A stretch of DNA of 64,000 nt. Source: Aplysia californica. Lineage: Eukaryota. Where the stretch lies: positions 108,383-172,382 of the forward strand of contig NW_004797719.1 in the NCBI RefSeq assembly GCF_000002075.1. Direction: 5' to 3'. The position numbers were made by a program, and so were the translations under genes. Shown piece after piece: positions 61,401 to 64,000 of the stretch; positions within the stretch are counted from its first letter, which is position 1, and each line of letters starts with the position of its first letter. The notes under the pieces were generated by a model that saw only the letters and a program-made list of their open reading frames with translations, was not told the origin of the DNA and did no database searches.

Positions 61401-64000
61401 ACAAGACACCAGCAAAAAAAAACGCCCTCAGCAAAACAAAACAAAAAAAAACCTGTCATTATTGACATTGTTAGGTCAACTCCACGTGGTGCTATCTAAA
61501 CCAACGACCAGTGGAAGACTAGCCAGTCAAATACTGGGAAAGCAAAAATTGATTAAACAAAGAAGAAAAGAAGGGGGGGGAAAAGCACAATGGATGACCC
61601 CGAATTTAAAAAACAACAAAACCAACCTGCAACAAAGCAGTGAGTAAGAAAGAAAACAAACTGTGAAACACCTGGTTTCTCTCATTTGTAAAAACTGCAC
61701 ACACAATACTCCACTCATAATATCATAAGCAACAAACTGTCCACAGGGAAGTAAGTACCTTGCTCAACTCCACATCTCTGGACGGGGGCTCTCTCACTCC
61801 CCACCATGCCAGCACACTCTTTTGGCACACAACCTGAGAGTGACATACTCCCTTTGTGTTGTATTGGTAAGGTTTTAGTAAGGTTTTTACGGCGCTTGCA
61901 ACTGCGTAAGCAGAGTGACATCTACCTCACTACATTGGTCATTCAATCAGAATCAAGACAAAAGAACTTGTTTGGAAAAATTCCCCTTATCAAAGTACTC
62001 CCGGTCAGACGGTTAGAGAGATCTATTTCTGGCAATCGCGGAAAATTAACGTCGTAGTAAAGCAATTTGACCGTTGACAATAGATCAACATGGGTAAAGC
62101 AGTTCTGACAAACCGCATGCCGCAGGAAGGGAGGAAAGGGCCCCGGTCTCCCGGAGATGTGGAGTTGTCAGGCAAGGCAATCAATAAGCTCAAGCTACAC
62201 AGCCTTCCACAGGGTCACCAATGGGTTAATCAAGATGGTGGGACCAGAGAGTCAGTGCATCGCATCATACAACCAGCATAACCATCAATAAGATTAACAT
62301 AGAAAAACAAAAGAATCCAAAAAACAAACAAACCAGTATATATATTAATTAATCGGTATGGCAAAAGTCCTCAAGGAGAGCAGCACAAGTGCAGAGATAA
62401 GCCACCAATATCATGGGCAGGGAAACAGGTGATCCAGAAGACACTCCTTTCTGCAAAAAGCTGATCAACAAATCAACAGTTACAATGAAGATTGGTGAAG
62501 AGATGATGAGAACAGGTGTCTCTTTTGCTCACTCAGATCATACTGGGAGTCCATGTACGCATGTAAGTTTGTTTTTTTAACAAAAAACAAACAAAAAAGA
62601 TAAATACATTCAAAACAAAAAAAAAGCCTTGAACCATATCCTGAAGACACATGAGCAAAGAGTAAGTAATCAGTAACAGTAATAAAAAGAATCATGGTAT
62701 CAAAAAGTCCGTGTAGTAAACAGGTAGGGCTCTTCAAGCAATACATCTGGTTCTATAGAAGTATCAAAAGCATGCATTATACATGAACAACTTAGCATTT
62801 CAATACCAGTAGAAAGAACAGTTAAAAGACAAAGAGAAACAGAGAGAGGGAGAGAGGGAGAGAGGGAGAGAGGGAGGACCAACAAAATTGTGCATAAAAC
62901 GAGAAATTAAACTGATCTTGTGGTAAAAATCTGATATAAGTATAAGTAGCTTTGGAGAAAGTGGAAACGTCCCAGTGGGAGGCCGGCCCTCCACAACATA
63001 TTTCTAACCCAGAAGAGTAAAGTAGAAAATACAAGCAAAAAAAATAAACCACAAAAAAGGAAGAGAACAGGGGAAAAGGGGTATGGCCATTTGTTCATTG
63101 ATAAAATTTTCAAAGTCTATATAAGTAAATACAAACACTTCATAAAAATTTCCCAAATTATTGACCAGTAAATAAAGTCACACCTGATGTTACTGGAGAG
63201 GCTTTTTCATTCTCAGAATCGGCAAACGCGAAGCTAAAATTTAGACCAAACACTTGACAAGACATCCAGTCATTGTCCATCTTTCCAGACACAGTCGCTG
63301 GGACTGCCCAGGGCCCTCAACCACCCAGACTTTTCAAATGTCGGCCGCAGCAAAAGAAGACAGTAAAAGCTCAACTCAACTCATCATCCACCTATCCAAT
63401 TTCCGCTGAGAACAAAATACACTCAGGCACTTTTTCATGTTGGAATGATATCAAGAGCAGGTAAAACAAGACAAATGAAAAGAGGAATCCAAAACAAAAA
63501 AAGAAGAAAAAGGAAAAACTGAAGAGAAAATAAATCAAATTCAATGAAAATCAGGGCATGGACTACATTTCAAATTCAAAGTCTCAAAATAATGCACACA
63601 GAAGTTGGTTCATGTCCAAGCATGTCGAAACATGTCGAAGCATGTCGAAACATGTCGAAGCATGGATAAATCCATTTGACTCAAGAATTTGGATTAAGTT
63701 ACCATTTTTCGATTTTGTTAAAAACATTAAACAAATATGACTTAAATTTATGAGGGAGTATTAACTGACCACTGCCAATTGTTACTTTACGTAGAACAGA
63801 TGAATCAGGGTGAAACATTTTGATTTTTGGCAGTTAAAATGGTGAGTTGGGGGGGGGGGGCAAGGGTGGTTGATAATAACAGGTGAACGGATGGTGCAAT
63901 TATAGTCAACAACATGGAAGAACTGTTTCCTGTAACAAAATAGGACATTGAGGAAATACAGCATGCATGTGCATCAGAACAACTCAAATGACAAAAGAAA

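Overview
AT-rich, repeat-dense animal genomic DNA (invertebrate; a mollusc is my guess from the repeat landscape, not proven) with several N gaps. The window holds a complete 31-coding-exon TRAPPC11 gene on the + strand (ATG 3748 to TAA 31624, 3363 nt CDS, 1120 aa by my manual splicing, all phases consistent) and a convergent 3-coding-exon ankyrin-repeat/SOCS-box (ASB-type) gene on the - strand (ATG 47890 to TGA 45179, 421 aa). Between them lie a ~3.8 kb 21-bp satellite with an internal orientation flip, minisatellites, SINE/MITE copies and a 5'-truncated RNase H-bearing LINE with a 15-bp target-site duplication. From ~51.8 kb to the window end is repeat-poor, strand-skewed non-coding DNA that looks like a >12 kb 3' UTR of a - strand gene beyond the window. 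Most notable: a U12-type (minor spliceosome) intron in TRAPPC11; repeated local duplication of TRAPPC11 exon ends together with their splice sites; a short retroposon whose tail appears to supply branch points and whose 5' end sits at tandem duplications; and inverted intronic repeat pairs that could drive back-splicing. I see no evidence of a wholly new gene system. Nearly all ORF-track entries are spurious.
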